Origin: Balanoglossus misakiensis
Taxonomy: Eukaryota; Animalia; Hemichordata
Reading direction: 5' to 3'
Assembly: GCA_040954595.2 (NCBI GenBank)
Contig: CM082576.2
Coordinates: forward strand, 17,221,028-17,285,027
Length of the DNA: 64,000 nucleotides
The notes below the pieces were generated by a model. That model was given only the letters and a program-made list of their open reading frames with translations, searched no databases and was not told where the DNA came from. Both the position numbers and the translations under genes were made by a program. How positions within the stretch are numbered: the first letter of the stretch is position 1; each line of letters opens with the position of its first letter. Positions 12,237 through 24,249 of this stretch are shown piece by piece.

Positions 12237-12924
12237 GGTGGCATTGCATGAAACCGTCGAGACTTTTTCAGAGGCCTATTTCTCATCAAAGACAACGTTA
12301 AAACCCCCATAAACCATATATATTCTGGAAGCTGAGTTTTTGAACTTTTGTTTGAGTTGCATATATTATTGATCTCCGGAAATGGTGGCGATTTTGGGTT
12401 AAAAACCCTTTTTTTATAATATGGCATTAAATTTAATTTAGGTAAAAAAGTTGACCATGCATCATGCATCTTAATATGTCATTCGAAACTAGAGTACACG
12501 TGCAAAAAACGGTAATTTTGTTTTGCCTTATCTTCTTCCATTGAGGAGTAACAGCGTTTGAAAGTTAGATTTTTAGAAAATTTGATCAAATTCACGGTGA
12601 GGTGTATTGAATCAGAGTTTATTCCCGCCAGGGACACTTTATCGACTTAGGCTAAAAAATCCGTTTTTTTTGGATGGGTCATACACAATCCCCTGTTAAA
12701 ATTTGAGCAAATTCGGCCAACGCAGAGCGAAGCTAAATTCTTCTGAAGTTGTCAAGAGCAGCGAAAATGCAAACTGAGAAAAACGGCCATTGGCTATTTT
12801 TGGGTGATTATGCACCATTTCCGCCAAGACGTATTAGTCAGGATGTGGATCAGTATTTGACCTACCGATTTCTGTAAAAAAAGGAAAATTTGGCAAAAAT
12901 CACAACTTTTCATGCAATGCCACC
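12237..12924. mobile_element. TTAA-target MITE (Kolobok-like)
   Basis: TTAA|GGTGGCATTGCATGAAA ... TTTCATGCAATGCCACC|TTAA. Confidence 0.85.
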
Positions 12925-13944
12925 TTAAAACAATATTTTGGACAAAAATCTCAGTTATATAGACTGGCATTCGAAATAATCCGATGAAGTTAAAGCCCCA
13001 GTATTTCTCGTGTGTATCCATTTTTCATCATCGAAAAATGCCTGTTTTTCCCGTACATTCATCATGGAATACTACATAATGAAGACAGAAGAAAGGTTTG
13101 GGCAACTGTAGCTACGTGCAAGCTGTAAATATTGCCCGTAACACTTGAAATGATGCGCGGGTTTGTTTCCAACGGAAATGTTGTACATGTCGATCAGCAA
13201 ACGTGCCACTTTGACATTTGATGGTCAGACCATTTTCGGATTTGATCTGGTTCCATCGACTGATTTCTCCCATAAAGTTATCTTCCCAAAATTTCGCCGA
13301 ATTAGTGCGCATTTCTTCGCTGAGTCGTTAGATTTGGGGCGACTAAACCTCTTCCGTGTAGATTCACATTTGAGTGCGCATGCGCACTAGTCACGTGTGT
13401 CAACAAAGCCTGACTTTCTGTCCGGACAGAAAGTCATTCTTCACTCGTTATATTGTAAATTGTATGAGTTTATGAGCCGAGCTGGGGATGATGACTGTTC
13501 GATTCAGTATCAATTATCATCTACTTTTAGAAATTATAGATGCCATTTCTAACAAAATTTTGCCCCTACGAGAAATACTGAGGCTTTAATTAATTTTATT
13601 ACTTTTTTAGTATTTATTATTATTATTTTATTTAGAATGTAAGGTAATATAAATTAATCCAAATTAAGTGGTTAATTTGATATTCCCCTGATTGTTCTCA
13701 GTTTCGTTTGTTTCAAGTCTTTTCTTTCGTTTTCTTTGTTTTTTTTATTTGTTTTCCTCCTAAACATGGCATTTTACTTTTCAAATAAACGTCAAGTATA
13801 GACATTTTGCTAAAAATCTAATGTAGAAAATGTAAAGTAATCAATAAGTTATTAATTCCATGGATACATGTTGCTTAGCGACATTTTTTCAGCAAAAATG
13901 TGACTTTCTGTCGGCTCCACGCGCGTGCGGGCGCCTCACTTTAA

Positions 13945-15899
13945 AGGGCGAGGCTCGTCACCTATGAACCTGTGAGGGCGCCCTTGCGTGGGACTCTCTG
14001 GCAACGCGACTGGGGCCTCTCTAGCAACGCGACGTGCGATGAGCTCAGAAATCCCATAATTATGTGCGAATGACGAATAACTCTTAGACTATGATCACCA
14101 TTCAAATTCCGAATTTACAGCAGAAATTTCAGTGCCGAAAGCCTTTCTGATTTTTTGTGAGAGAAGGCTGTGTACCGCATGATGTCAAGCACTTCTGTCC
14201 AGTCGCTGCAGCACGCAATCGCTTTGAACAGCGTTTGGAGACAACAACACAAGCGACAGAAACAGCCGTATGGCCCACAACAGATAGGTGAGTGTCTGTG
14301 ACAATTGAGAGGTTCGTCCGTCACTTGTCTGTGAACTACCGGTAAAAGTAGGCCCCTACATTGAAGCTACTCACTGTAACAACTATGTTGTAGCCCTCCT
14401 GTGTGTTCCAGAATTCACGCGGCCTCCCGTCATTACACGATGGAGGCTGTACAATGCCGGGCTATGTGTGACGCTGCCCGGGAACGCACATCGCTGTACG
14501 CAAGGCTAGTGTTGGACAATGTCCTTGTATGGCTTCGTCATATAATTCTTTTTTTTTATCGAGGACATTCTCTAAGTTTTTATGATATTAGGTCATGCTG
14601 ATATATGTTTCTCGATCTTTGTTTCAGATCAATCTGTCACAAGTCACAATTCAACTTGAAGCTAACATTGGAAAGATGCGTCTCCAGCCCCTGTTGAAAT
14701 TTCCACTGTTATATAGTTGAACTACATGTAATTATTAGACTAAGCAAATAAAACTGTGTTTATGTTAGGGTAATTCGTATAACAAGTGTCTGATTCACTT
14801 TTTTGTACGGATGTGTGTAGTGTATGAACTTGATTAACAAATAAATGTGTACCGTCCTTGGTGGATTGGCTGGGTCAGTGCAGCTGACGCGCACAGAACA
14901 CCGGGCGGCTTCTAAGCTGGGCCCGGAAGAGAGAACAAACATTGCCGTGTACGATAATAAGCCTCGTGCTCATGGGGGAAGACTGCGATGAAAGCAAATT
15001 TTATGAAGATGTACAAATTACCAGTCACAGTCACCGACTGTGTACCAGTATATACGGTGTTCGACGGGAAGGACTTTGTAGTAATCAACCGAGAAGAAAA
15101 CTGCTCGGATTGGCAGCGATAATTGCTAGCGATTGCTCAGGTGCGGATATAGGCCTACAAATAGGCGGTCAGATCAGCGATGATTTACGCCAGCTAAAAC
15201 ACATAAATGTACTATAAAAGATTAATACATCGACAAAGAACTGAGCTAAGGTTTATACCAAGGTGTGCTTTCAGTCCGTAGCGAGGTCGATTTTGTTGTG
15301 GGCCGTCTTTGGTGTCTGCCGTTTTCATTTATACGAGCTATTTTCTCTCGTATTACGTATATACTACACGGGCATATATCGATCATCATAAAATTTGCTG
15401 CAAAATAAAGGCGCACCGTCAGAAATACACGAAACTTTCCAGATGAACTGTTTAATAGTGGACGGTTTGTCACTAAAAGAAACATTTTGGTTCATGTTCA
15501 ACTTCAGTGTGAAGCAAAAGGCTGATTGTGGAGACCAACCTCTGTGCATGGCAGGGCTGTGTGACGTACGGCTGATACCTTCACCACAGCCGGCCCTGCT
15601 CACTCGAAATACCGGGCAAAGCTGGCGATTCCCGACCGATCTTTGGGCAGTCATTTCGACTAGAATTTCCGTCTCTGAATCAAAACTCGTGGACCGATAA
15701 CCGTTACCGAGCACACCTCGTCCATACGGGACGCCAAAACACCACAAAATGCCTCACAACTTGTAGAACGGCCCCTTTTTAGACTTTATGCGAGAGAAAT
15801 CGCGGCCATCTTTATCTAGCTCGCACACAGGTTCTGCAGTGCATTGTGGGTAAAAGTAATGTTTATCAACAAAGGCTATTTCGGGACGATACCCACCTT
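13945..15899 (-). mobile_element. 1955-bp Kolobok-like non-autonomous element, copy 2 (inverted twin of 1696-3650)
   Basis: TTAA at 13941-13944 and 15900-15903; same length as copy 1, with identical ORF translations. Confidence 0.85.
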
Positions 15900-16074
15900 T
15901 TAATCAACGATGTGTATTAGTTACACTGTACCTGATCAGGCGTGCGATGGAAATTTCCAGCGACTCATAAGTGTGCTTGGCATGCTGCCATGTCATGCAT
16001 GTGGCTAGTTAAAAGTTTGTGAAACAGCGAAACATGGCGATACCATTATTAAAATAGGGGCCAGTCATCAAGAC

Positions 16075-19000
16075 GATTCCCGGCGTTGTGGTGGTCAAAC
16101 GCCGCGAACACAACCACCTGTACGCAGTGCCAGGTTTTTGCCATGGACTACCTCCATAGTCTTGCCAATCGCCGTACTGTTGAGTCATTGAGCGAGTCTC
16201 AGCGATCAACCGATTTACAGGCTAGAGTTTGTTGGGGCGTCATGGAACAATAAAGTGTATGGATAATTTTGCATAGGCCTAAACGAACACACAATAAATT
16301 ATTTCGTTTTTTTTTATGTGAACGAGAACTACACTCACGAACGGCCTAGCTACAGCTGGACTTGCAAAATATGCGAGCGAACGCACTAGCGCCGCGGAAC
16401 CAGAAGTGATGGCGCAATCTACAACCGCGCGCGCACGCGCCCGGCCCAGCGCGCGCGGCAGACGATCGTACGACACCGTTGCTAGCCAGGACAGACGCGT
16501 TCGTATACAGTGTATGTTGGTCGGGGTAGGGATAGACTTGCTCCAGGTCCATGGGCGTCATTATCTCATAATAAATGCATTTCAGAAAATGTTGTTCCAA
16601 GTCTCTCTATTGTAACGTGTGTGGCGACGGTAACTGATACCAGAAGCCAAGCTTTCCGAATGCGAAACTCAGCTAAGTACCAGAAACTCGCTCAAAGCTA
16701 GGAAATACACGAAAGTATTGAGATAGAGATTAATATAAAGACAAAAAATCACCAAGCAACTAGTGGCAACAACGAGGGTAGGGAGGCCCATGCCGTTTTG
16801 TGTGTTATCCTTCGGGGACATGGCGGTGGAGGCGGAGGAACGTAACCGCCGCGCCAAGTAAAGTCGACACTGCACTACAGCCGACCGTTCACTAAAATGA
16901 CGCAAATATGCAAAAGAAATGGGCAGAGAGGATTGCAATCGTATCACAGCATGGCAAAGTCATGATGCCCACCCACACCTTCAAATTCAATTTTAAGATA
17001 GCATTGTTGCGGAAGTCTAGTATTAACGCCTCCAAATCATTAAAATCCTTCAGCTACATACCGATACCACTAGTACTCAATTTGCCTATAAGTTAGCGAT
17101 ATAATAACGTTATTCTTATTACGATGCAAAAATATAGGCAGTGATCCGATCTTGACAATTATGTTTTGAATTACTACTCGTAGTATTGTGCATATGGGGC
17201 ATGAAGTTTTTTAATAGTGATGCGATGACGTTGTAACAAGATGATTTCAATAAATTGACGGAAGAAATTCTGAATCGTTCAGACTTGTTTCAAATGACAG
17301 CAATTTGCTGGCGCAATCAAAATTCCTCGTTCTGCAACAGTGCTATGATAATTTGAAAAGTTTTGAGTAATACATACCGTCAAATCCTTCAGAACATCTC
17401 TTGTGGGACGCATCAAGTGTTGTGTGCAGGAACCGTGTGTGCCTGTGTTCTGCGATCACTTGCAATGAAATCTCTACAAACGAACACCACGCTCAGTGAC
17501 CGTACAATTATTCTATAGGGAGGGCCGAGAGTGAGTTTGAAAAAGGAACAGCACGAAAGTGGGACGTGACAAGTGGGCAAAATTGACAAAATGCTCTGTC
17601 TGATTCGTAAAATTTTAGTTTTTTTGACTGAAGTTCTTTTTCATTTAAATATGTATTGTTTCCAGTGTACACACTCAATCTATTGAGAGTACTGGAACAA
17701 CAAGTACCCCCTGTTCTGAAGAAAAGAGATATGATCACCCAAACAACTCTTTCCAGGGCGTACCAAGTGACGTACCTATGTTGCTGCTAAACATACGAAT
17801 GATAAAACCATTGTACACTGACATTCAGTAATGCGTCACCAGATTATGGGTTTTTCACAATAGCATGCCGCGCATTTTGAGAGGAGGTAAGCAGCTCCCT
17901 TGGGGGGGGGCGGCAAGTTTGTGTCATCGGTTTTCAAAATCAGGCCGACCCCCCCCCCCTTCACCCAGGACCAAAAAATGGTGACCCCCTTTGACATACC
18001 CAAAAATATGATGACCCACCCCACCCCCCCCCCCCCACGCCGAAAACATTCGCCGTCATGATCCTATGCACACTGTATGCAATAAAGGGAATGAGGCTCC
18101 TCACACCTCAATTATACATTTCTTAAAGTATTATTGAAGTATATAATAGTATATCGTTGCAATAAAGAAAATCCGGGTGCGGGATTAGTTTACAACCCAC
18201 CCGGTCCAACGGTTGTGATTCGCTGAGGGCCACGCCAAGTTGGTATACTCAGTGCTTGCTTATGACTTTCCTCAAACATTACGAGTAATTTATGAGATGG
18301 CCCCCTCTTGACATGGATATTGTCATGAAATACCTGACATTACATGCGCGCTTGGTTGCCCAATGGTGTGGAGGGGCTCATGCTATGGGTTTACAGGTGA
18401 TTGAGAAAAATAGGCAATATCCCTGATTTTCAGGTACAGGTCACCTGTCATAGTACATGTATGTCACTCACCCATTGAGGGGCGGGGACTAGGTCACATG
18501 TCATGTGCACATATAGGCAACTCTTCCCACCTTCTGAGTCCCTTTTGAGGTAGTCGTCTTGCAGCTAACAGTGCACTTCGTGTGCTCCTGATCCAATCTC
18601 TTGGCTACCGCTATTTTGCGTTTACTTACGTTCAACTCCATTTCTATGCATCACTAGTACGTCTCTGTGAGACTCGATTGCTAGATCGGTGGGTTTACAT
18701 AGCTATTTTTCCGGTGCTATTGCTTATTCGGTCCGTCTGAGTCGGAACGGGTGTTCTGTCGCCCACGCCCAGCTTTACAAGTGCGATGACTAATTTTAAT
18801 ATTTTGCCACTACACTCAAAGTTAGAAGATTTGGCGTCATCTTCGTCATGACATCATTTATAAAACTTCTAGTATATAGAAGATGCAGCGCGAAACTATC
18901 AGTTATGCGAAATGGTTTAAACGATTATTCTCCTTTATGTATTTACTTTGTTAAATATTATCATCGGTGGGGTTGGGGTGACAAGCACTCTGCCCTGGTA

Positions 19001-20640
19001 CACTAGACAAACCAGCAAAAAATGAAATGTGGCGGAGAATGATGGGGGTGGGTGTGGTGTTGGAGGGGGTGTCCCCCTCCGACATTAGAAAATTTTGTAA
19101 AATAAAGGGCGCGAAACTGCAATTTTGTGGACTCAAAAGCAAAAGTTCGGTGGCAAAAGTATGTGACCCCCCCTAAACGTTTAAAAAAAACAGATGACCC
19201 CCCTTTTGGACTTCAAAATTTAAGTGACCCCCCCTGGATTTTGCCGCGCCCGGCCGTAAAAACTGAACGGTCTCTAAATACGCACACATTTGACTTCGAA
19301 GGAAAACGACCAGCGTCCTTTAGTTGTGGCACGACAGCAGATAAGTGTTCTGTGAGATGTACTGGGCTTTAGTCATGGGATCCGCTATCCGTTGAACGTT
19401 TTCCTGTACGGGAGATGCTCGAAACAGAGGTTGCGATGAATGAGCTCGACAGACATTTCCCCCATTGAAACACCATTTATTCATCATCTTTAACAAAATA
19501 AAACGGTTTGTTGGGGGAAAACAAAACACGTGTGTTGAACACTTGTTATATATAGAGCGCTACGATACAATGCTCGAGCGATGTTTGCCCGTCATTCTGC
19601 AGGGCGGCTGATGTTGATGCGAAAATAAGAATGGCTGCAATTACCAGCCTGAAGAAAGTTTCGACTTTCTGGACTCAACGGCGAAGGAGTGATGGTTGCC
19701 ATGAATTTTCTTCGTAAGTCTAGTCAAAGCTCCTCGACTCCCACTCGCCGGAGACGCAATGAGGATGGTGTCTGATTCTACTGTGATGGCACGCATGCGA
19801 TCACATGTACAGTGTATCGGCTAATGCCAGTGACTGTGTTGTGAAAGACTGGATAGTGTTTTGAATGCGGTAGGCACTATATGCTACGACGTCTGTTTGA
19901 GAATTTCCCGCGGGTTGTGCTCGTAGCGGTCCAGGGCACTCATTCAACAGGTGGCCGTTAAATAGCCGAGCGATTCAGATTGTGAAAGAAACCAAGCTGG
20001 TATAAACACGCGTATACTTGGCTCGTGTATTCTGCGCAGATTAATGATAGCTCCCAAAGGCCTGTAACTGTTATGTTGGCAGCTATGCCGATAGAAGAAT
20101 AGTAAACTATGGCACCTGCAAAATATGCCATTCATTCCAAATACCCCAGAATTGTTATCGTGTACACAGGCTATTTCACAGCCAAAATTAGTAAAAACCA
20201 TTTAACGTACATATCGATACCACTAGTATTCAATTAACCTATTAGTTAGCGACATCATAAAACGTTATTCTTATTGTGATACAAAAAACATAGGCGGTGA
20301 TCGATCGGATCTTTATAACAATTATCTCCAATCACTACTCGTGGCATTGTGCAAATGGGGCATGAAGTTTTTGAGTGATGCGATGACGTTGTAACAAGAG
20401 TACGTGTGTATACTTCAAAAATTGACGGAAGAAATTATGAATCGTTCAGACTTGGTTTAAAATAACAGCAATTTGCTGGCGCAATCAAAATTCCTCGATT
20501 AGCTATGATAATTCGAAGAAGTTTTGAGTAATTAATATTTTTTCAATACATACCGCCAAATCCTTAGAATATCCCTTGTCGCACTCGAGCAGAATGTGTT
20601 CCCATCGGCAGAATTCCGGCTACTGCTGATTACTGTACAG
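16075..20640 (+). repeat. Duplicated block (pairs with about 35750-39350) containing the TM/TIR-like part of the TLR relic and further LRR-like relics
   Basis: Colinear identity 16075-17860 vs 35750-37200 and 19280-20000 vs 37250-39350, apart from copy-specific insertions. Confidence 0.9.
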
Positions 20641-21099
20641 TGGTAACGCAAACGCGAAAATTCCCCCAAACCACAACTAAGTATGCCAAGTGCTCAACTC
20701 AATTTGCCTAATTTATTCAATAAAGTTAATATTTTCCCAAGTGGCATGCGAGAGGTCACTGCACTGCAGGTCAGCGTGGTGTGGTATTACAAAGGTCACA
20801 GGTTGGGCCTACATGAGTTACCATGGCATGGCCCTGGACACTGTGTTATTTCCCAGCCATAGATTTGTTTCTTTTTGTTATGTAAATGACTTTTGGTTTT
20901 GTTTTGTCTATTTCTATGGCAAATAAAGATTTATTTATTATTTATTTTATTTATTTTCACTTTCTGGTCACGCGACAATTTCCATGATTTATGGAAAGAA
21001 TTAAGATTTTATCTCCTCTAATTCTCAACAAAACAAAACGTAGAGGAGTCTCCATTCTTTTTTTAAATACGAAATTGGGTAGTTTAGTCTCATGCCACA

Positions 21100-22260
21100 C
21101 GTCATTGGGATGATATGATAATGATAAACGATGGCAGAAAGTTGTATGAAATTGCCATTGGGCCTAAGTACATTTGATCTTTTTGATGCTTGGCGCGTCC
21201 TTAATCCGGCTACTACACATTTTACCTGGCACCAAATTTCTTCGCCAATGTTCTGTCGCCTTGACTTTATTTTTTTTTTTTTTGCTGTCAAAACGGTTCT
21301 GCTTCATAAAACTTTCAAGGCCGATATTAGACCCTGTTCCCTCTTTGATCACCAAGCAGCGTTGATCAAAATGCGTGTCGTTCTTTGTAAAAGAGGACCA
21401 GGCATCTTCCTCCTAAATGTTTCAGTGTTGAATGCATGATGAAAATTTTATCGATTGGTTGAAAAGAATAGTTGCTTCTTCTATAATAGCATGACTATGC
21501 GTATACGAAAATTTCTAAAATTGTATTATGGGATCGTATTAAAATATGTATTAGAGAATCAATTTGCTTCTGCCGAGACCTTGCTAAGGAGAGACGTGAA
21601 AACGATATAGATTGATCTGGAACAGTGTCTTCTGCAACTTGAAAACGTTACTGACGATTCTCTGAATCCAGCTATTATTTCCCATGTATAACAGCATGCG
21701 CAGATCTACAAGTTGCATGAAGATCACATGGAAGGCCCTGCAGTAGAGTAAGAGCCAAAACCAATTGGTCTACTAACAAACAGGGTATAAAACTTACTAA
21801 GTTCTTTCTCAATCTTGAAAGAAAACATTGGCAAAATAACAAATTAGACGAATTGTGGAGAATTGTACCTTTACTTTGACACTTAATATTCTCAACCACT
21901 GGTCTGTTACTGAGTAACATATATTTTGGTGATCTGTAGGCCTATGCTTCAAGCAATCTTTACGACCATGATATTGCTGGCTATTATCAAATCGATTCAC
22001 CCCGAAAAAAAGTCCTTAATACAAACGAAAAACTCAGAATGGATATGGACTAAACTTTTACCGAGTGCACCCCCGGTCCTGATGGTCCCCTCCCCCGTCG
22101 AATTTTACAAAAAAAAATGACGGAACTTCATTGGCCCTCTTGAATTGTTAATGATTCAAAGAAGGTTTAGAGAATGGCATCCTTTCTCGACGAGACTGCA
22201 GTCTGACTAATTTTACCAAAGGGACGATCGCAACGATCTTTTCAATTTAGATATTAAATG
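21100..22260 (+). mobile_element. Degenerate L1/Tx1-clade LINE ORF2 (endonuclease end to RT start)
   Basis: DAWRVLNP..FTW..CRLDFIF, DH, KRGPG..LN, KFFLNLERK, APGPDG/PVEFYKK across frameshifts. Confidence 0.8.
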
Positions 22261-22859
22261 TATTTTTAAAGATATTTGACACTTTGGTGTATAGGCCTGT
22301 ACAAATTATGGCTTATGGATCGTGCTGGTTTGAAAGATAATTATGAAAATATGGAACGAGTGCAATTGTTTGCTTGTCGACAGCGCTTTTTAGGGGTATT
22401 TAGCAAGCCCCCAATATTGCTGTGTTATGAAAGTGTGGGATACTCGGCCTAAGTCCAGATTCCTTTTTGTGTCTTCATCAAAATTGTCCTATTCTCAGCT
22501 TAGGCGAAGAACAATAGTGTCAGTTTGTATACATATACCCCACGCGGGCCGTTCGATATGCTTTAAAAGTGATTCTGTATTTTGTGGGTAGAGCTCAAAT
22601 TTCGTCCAGCCTGTACTACAGGTCTCGTCTTGTACGTCCATATGGTCGGTCCTTTTTGAAATAAAGTCATCGGCGTTAAAATCTACTCTACACTCGTTCT
22701 GTCTCCTTACAACATGTCAACTTACCGACATCCCGACTGGACGCACGAATGTCGGCCTCGCTTTAGGTCGGCCCTGAACCCCCTTCCCACCGGGACCAAA
22801 CGGAGCAATGGGGAAAATCAATAGAAAGCATTCCTTGTTTGCGGAGGTATAGTTAAATC

Positions 22860-23560
22860 AGGTTATGAATCAAACAAATTTGCACTTTTCAAGCGCTTTA
22901 GAAAAATGTAGGCCTCAGTTTTGAGAGTTGCAAAAAGAGATTATTTTCCCTCACTCTTCTGGGAAAATCATAACATAAAACCAACCTGGAACATCATTAA
23001 TAATGATATACTTAGTTTTTAATACAATTTTTACAAGTTTCGGTCCAAGTTTAGCAATTCAACATTCAAACTTCTCATTCATCGTATTCAGATTTTCTGC
23101 CATTGCTCTCAAACTCCTCCGTTTTTGTTCCCGACAACAGATATTGAAGTTCTGAATCTTACGAAAGGACCTGACACAAAAAAGGCGTCTGGTTTAATAT
23201 ATGACAACATTTCTTCTAAACATTGAATTAATGGGGGTTATACCATGCAAATCTCCTCTGTTACCGTCATTTAGAAACTCCCAAATTCCGGACGCTCTCA
23301 AAACAGCTCGAGTAGTGCCGATTTTAAGAAGGCTGCAAGAGAGACGCGCCCGCGGGAATTATCGTGACGTCCCATTTCTTATAAGCAACATTTTAGAGAA
23401 GACTTTACACAGTCGGATGATGAAATATCTGAATAAGCAAACCCTTTTTGAAAATTTGGCCTAAGCATCAGTTTAGTTTTCGAGAGAAATAGTTCTAAGT
23501 GGCTTGACAAGGAAAATAGTACACTTAGAATGTTCATAGATTTGCTAAGTCACATGAGAC
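22860..23560 (+). mobile_element. Degenerate CR1-group (Crack/L2-like) LINE ORF2 fragment
   Basis: TWNIINN, IPDALKTARVVPI..NYR..SNILEK motifs with frameshifts. Confidence 0.7.
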
Positions 23561-23856
23561 ACAGTCTGTCTATCTTGCTCAATTGAAGAAAAAGATTGAA
23601 AGGCTTTAAGCCGAGAATGCTTCAGTCCTGATGAAACTGACAGCAGATGTTGCCCGGAAATGCTAGGATAAAACATAGGGGGTCAAACATTAAATGGGGC
23701 TAGCATGGGTTTCAGTCCTGCCGGGTAGGGTCAGCCGCTACAACGATTGCAGTTGGACCCCGCCGGAAAAATACATGAGGTATAGGGCAAATTAGTCTAG
23801 CATCTAGCCGTGTTTTGTCCGCATTGCTTCCAAAGCGGGCAAAATACGGCTTGATA

Positions 23857-23953
23857 CCAATCTGATTAAAATCAGATGTAGGGAACGGCGACGTGTTTTT
23901 TATGAATAAAAAACCACGTCGCCGTTCCCTACATCTGATTTTAATCAGATTGG
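23857..23953. repeat. Near-perfect 97-bp hairpin mini-element
   Basis: CCAATCTGATTAAAATCAGATGTAGGGAACGGCGACGTG ... CACGTCGCCGTTCCCTACATCTGATTTTAATCAGATTGG; the same terminus recurs at about 38625-38651. Confidence 0.8.
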
Positions 23954-24249
23954 GTTAAAACTTGCATATACACTCATATTTAGGGTTCATAATGCTTGTG
24001 TATAAGTTCACTGCCTTCATCTGCATGGACTAATGGTAGTACAGTTTGAAACAAAAATTATGATAATTATCCCAAAATTTGCAGCTTATGTGCCTTTAAA
24101 GTAGTCTCCCCTAATCCCACCCTCCCTCCCACCCTCCCTCCCTCCCTCCCCGGCCCTCTCTCCTACACCGTCTCATGCACGCTCTCTCTCTCTCTCTATC
24201 TCTTACTGATGATTTGAACATAAACGCTCTCTCCCTCTCCTCTCTTTAA

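Noticed and set aside
1696-15899. One giant 14-kb transposon (Polinton or Teratorn-like) with 2-kb TIRs
   Set aside because: Each arm has its own TTAA pair, the left arm is nested in element B with continuous flanks, and the interior is host duplication sequence with no polB, integrase or capsid.
19280-19700. Minus-strand signal-peptide-like reading (FFRLVIAAILIFASTSAA)
   Set aside because: No in-frame ATG, several stops and no recognisable domain.
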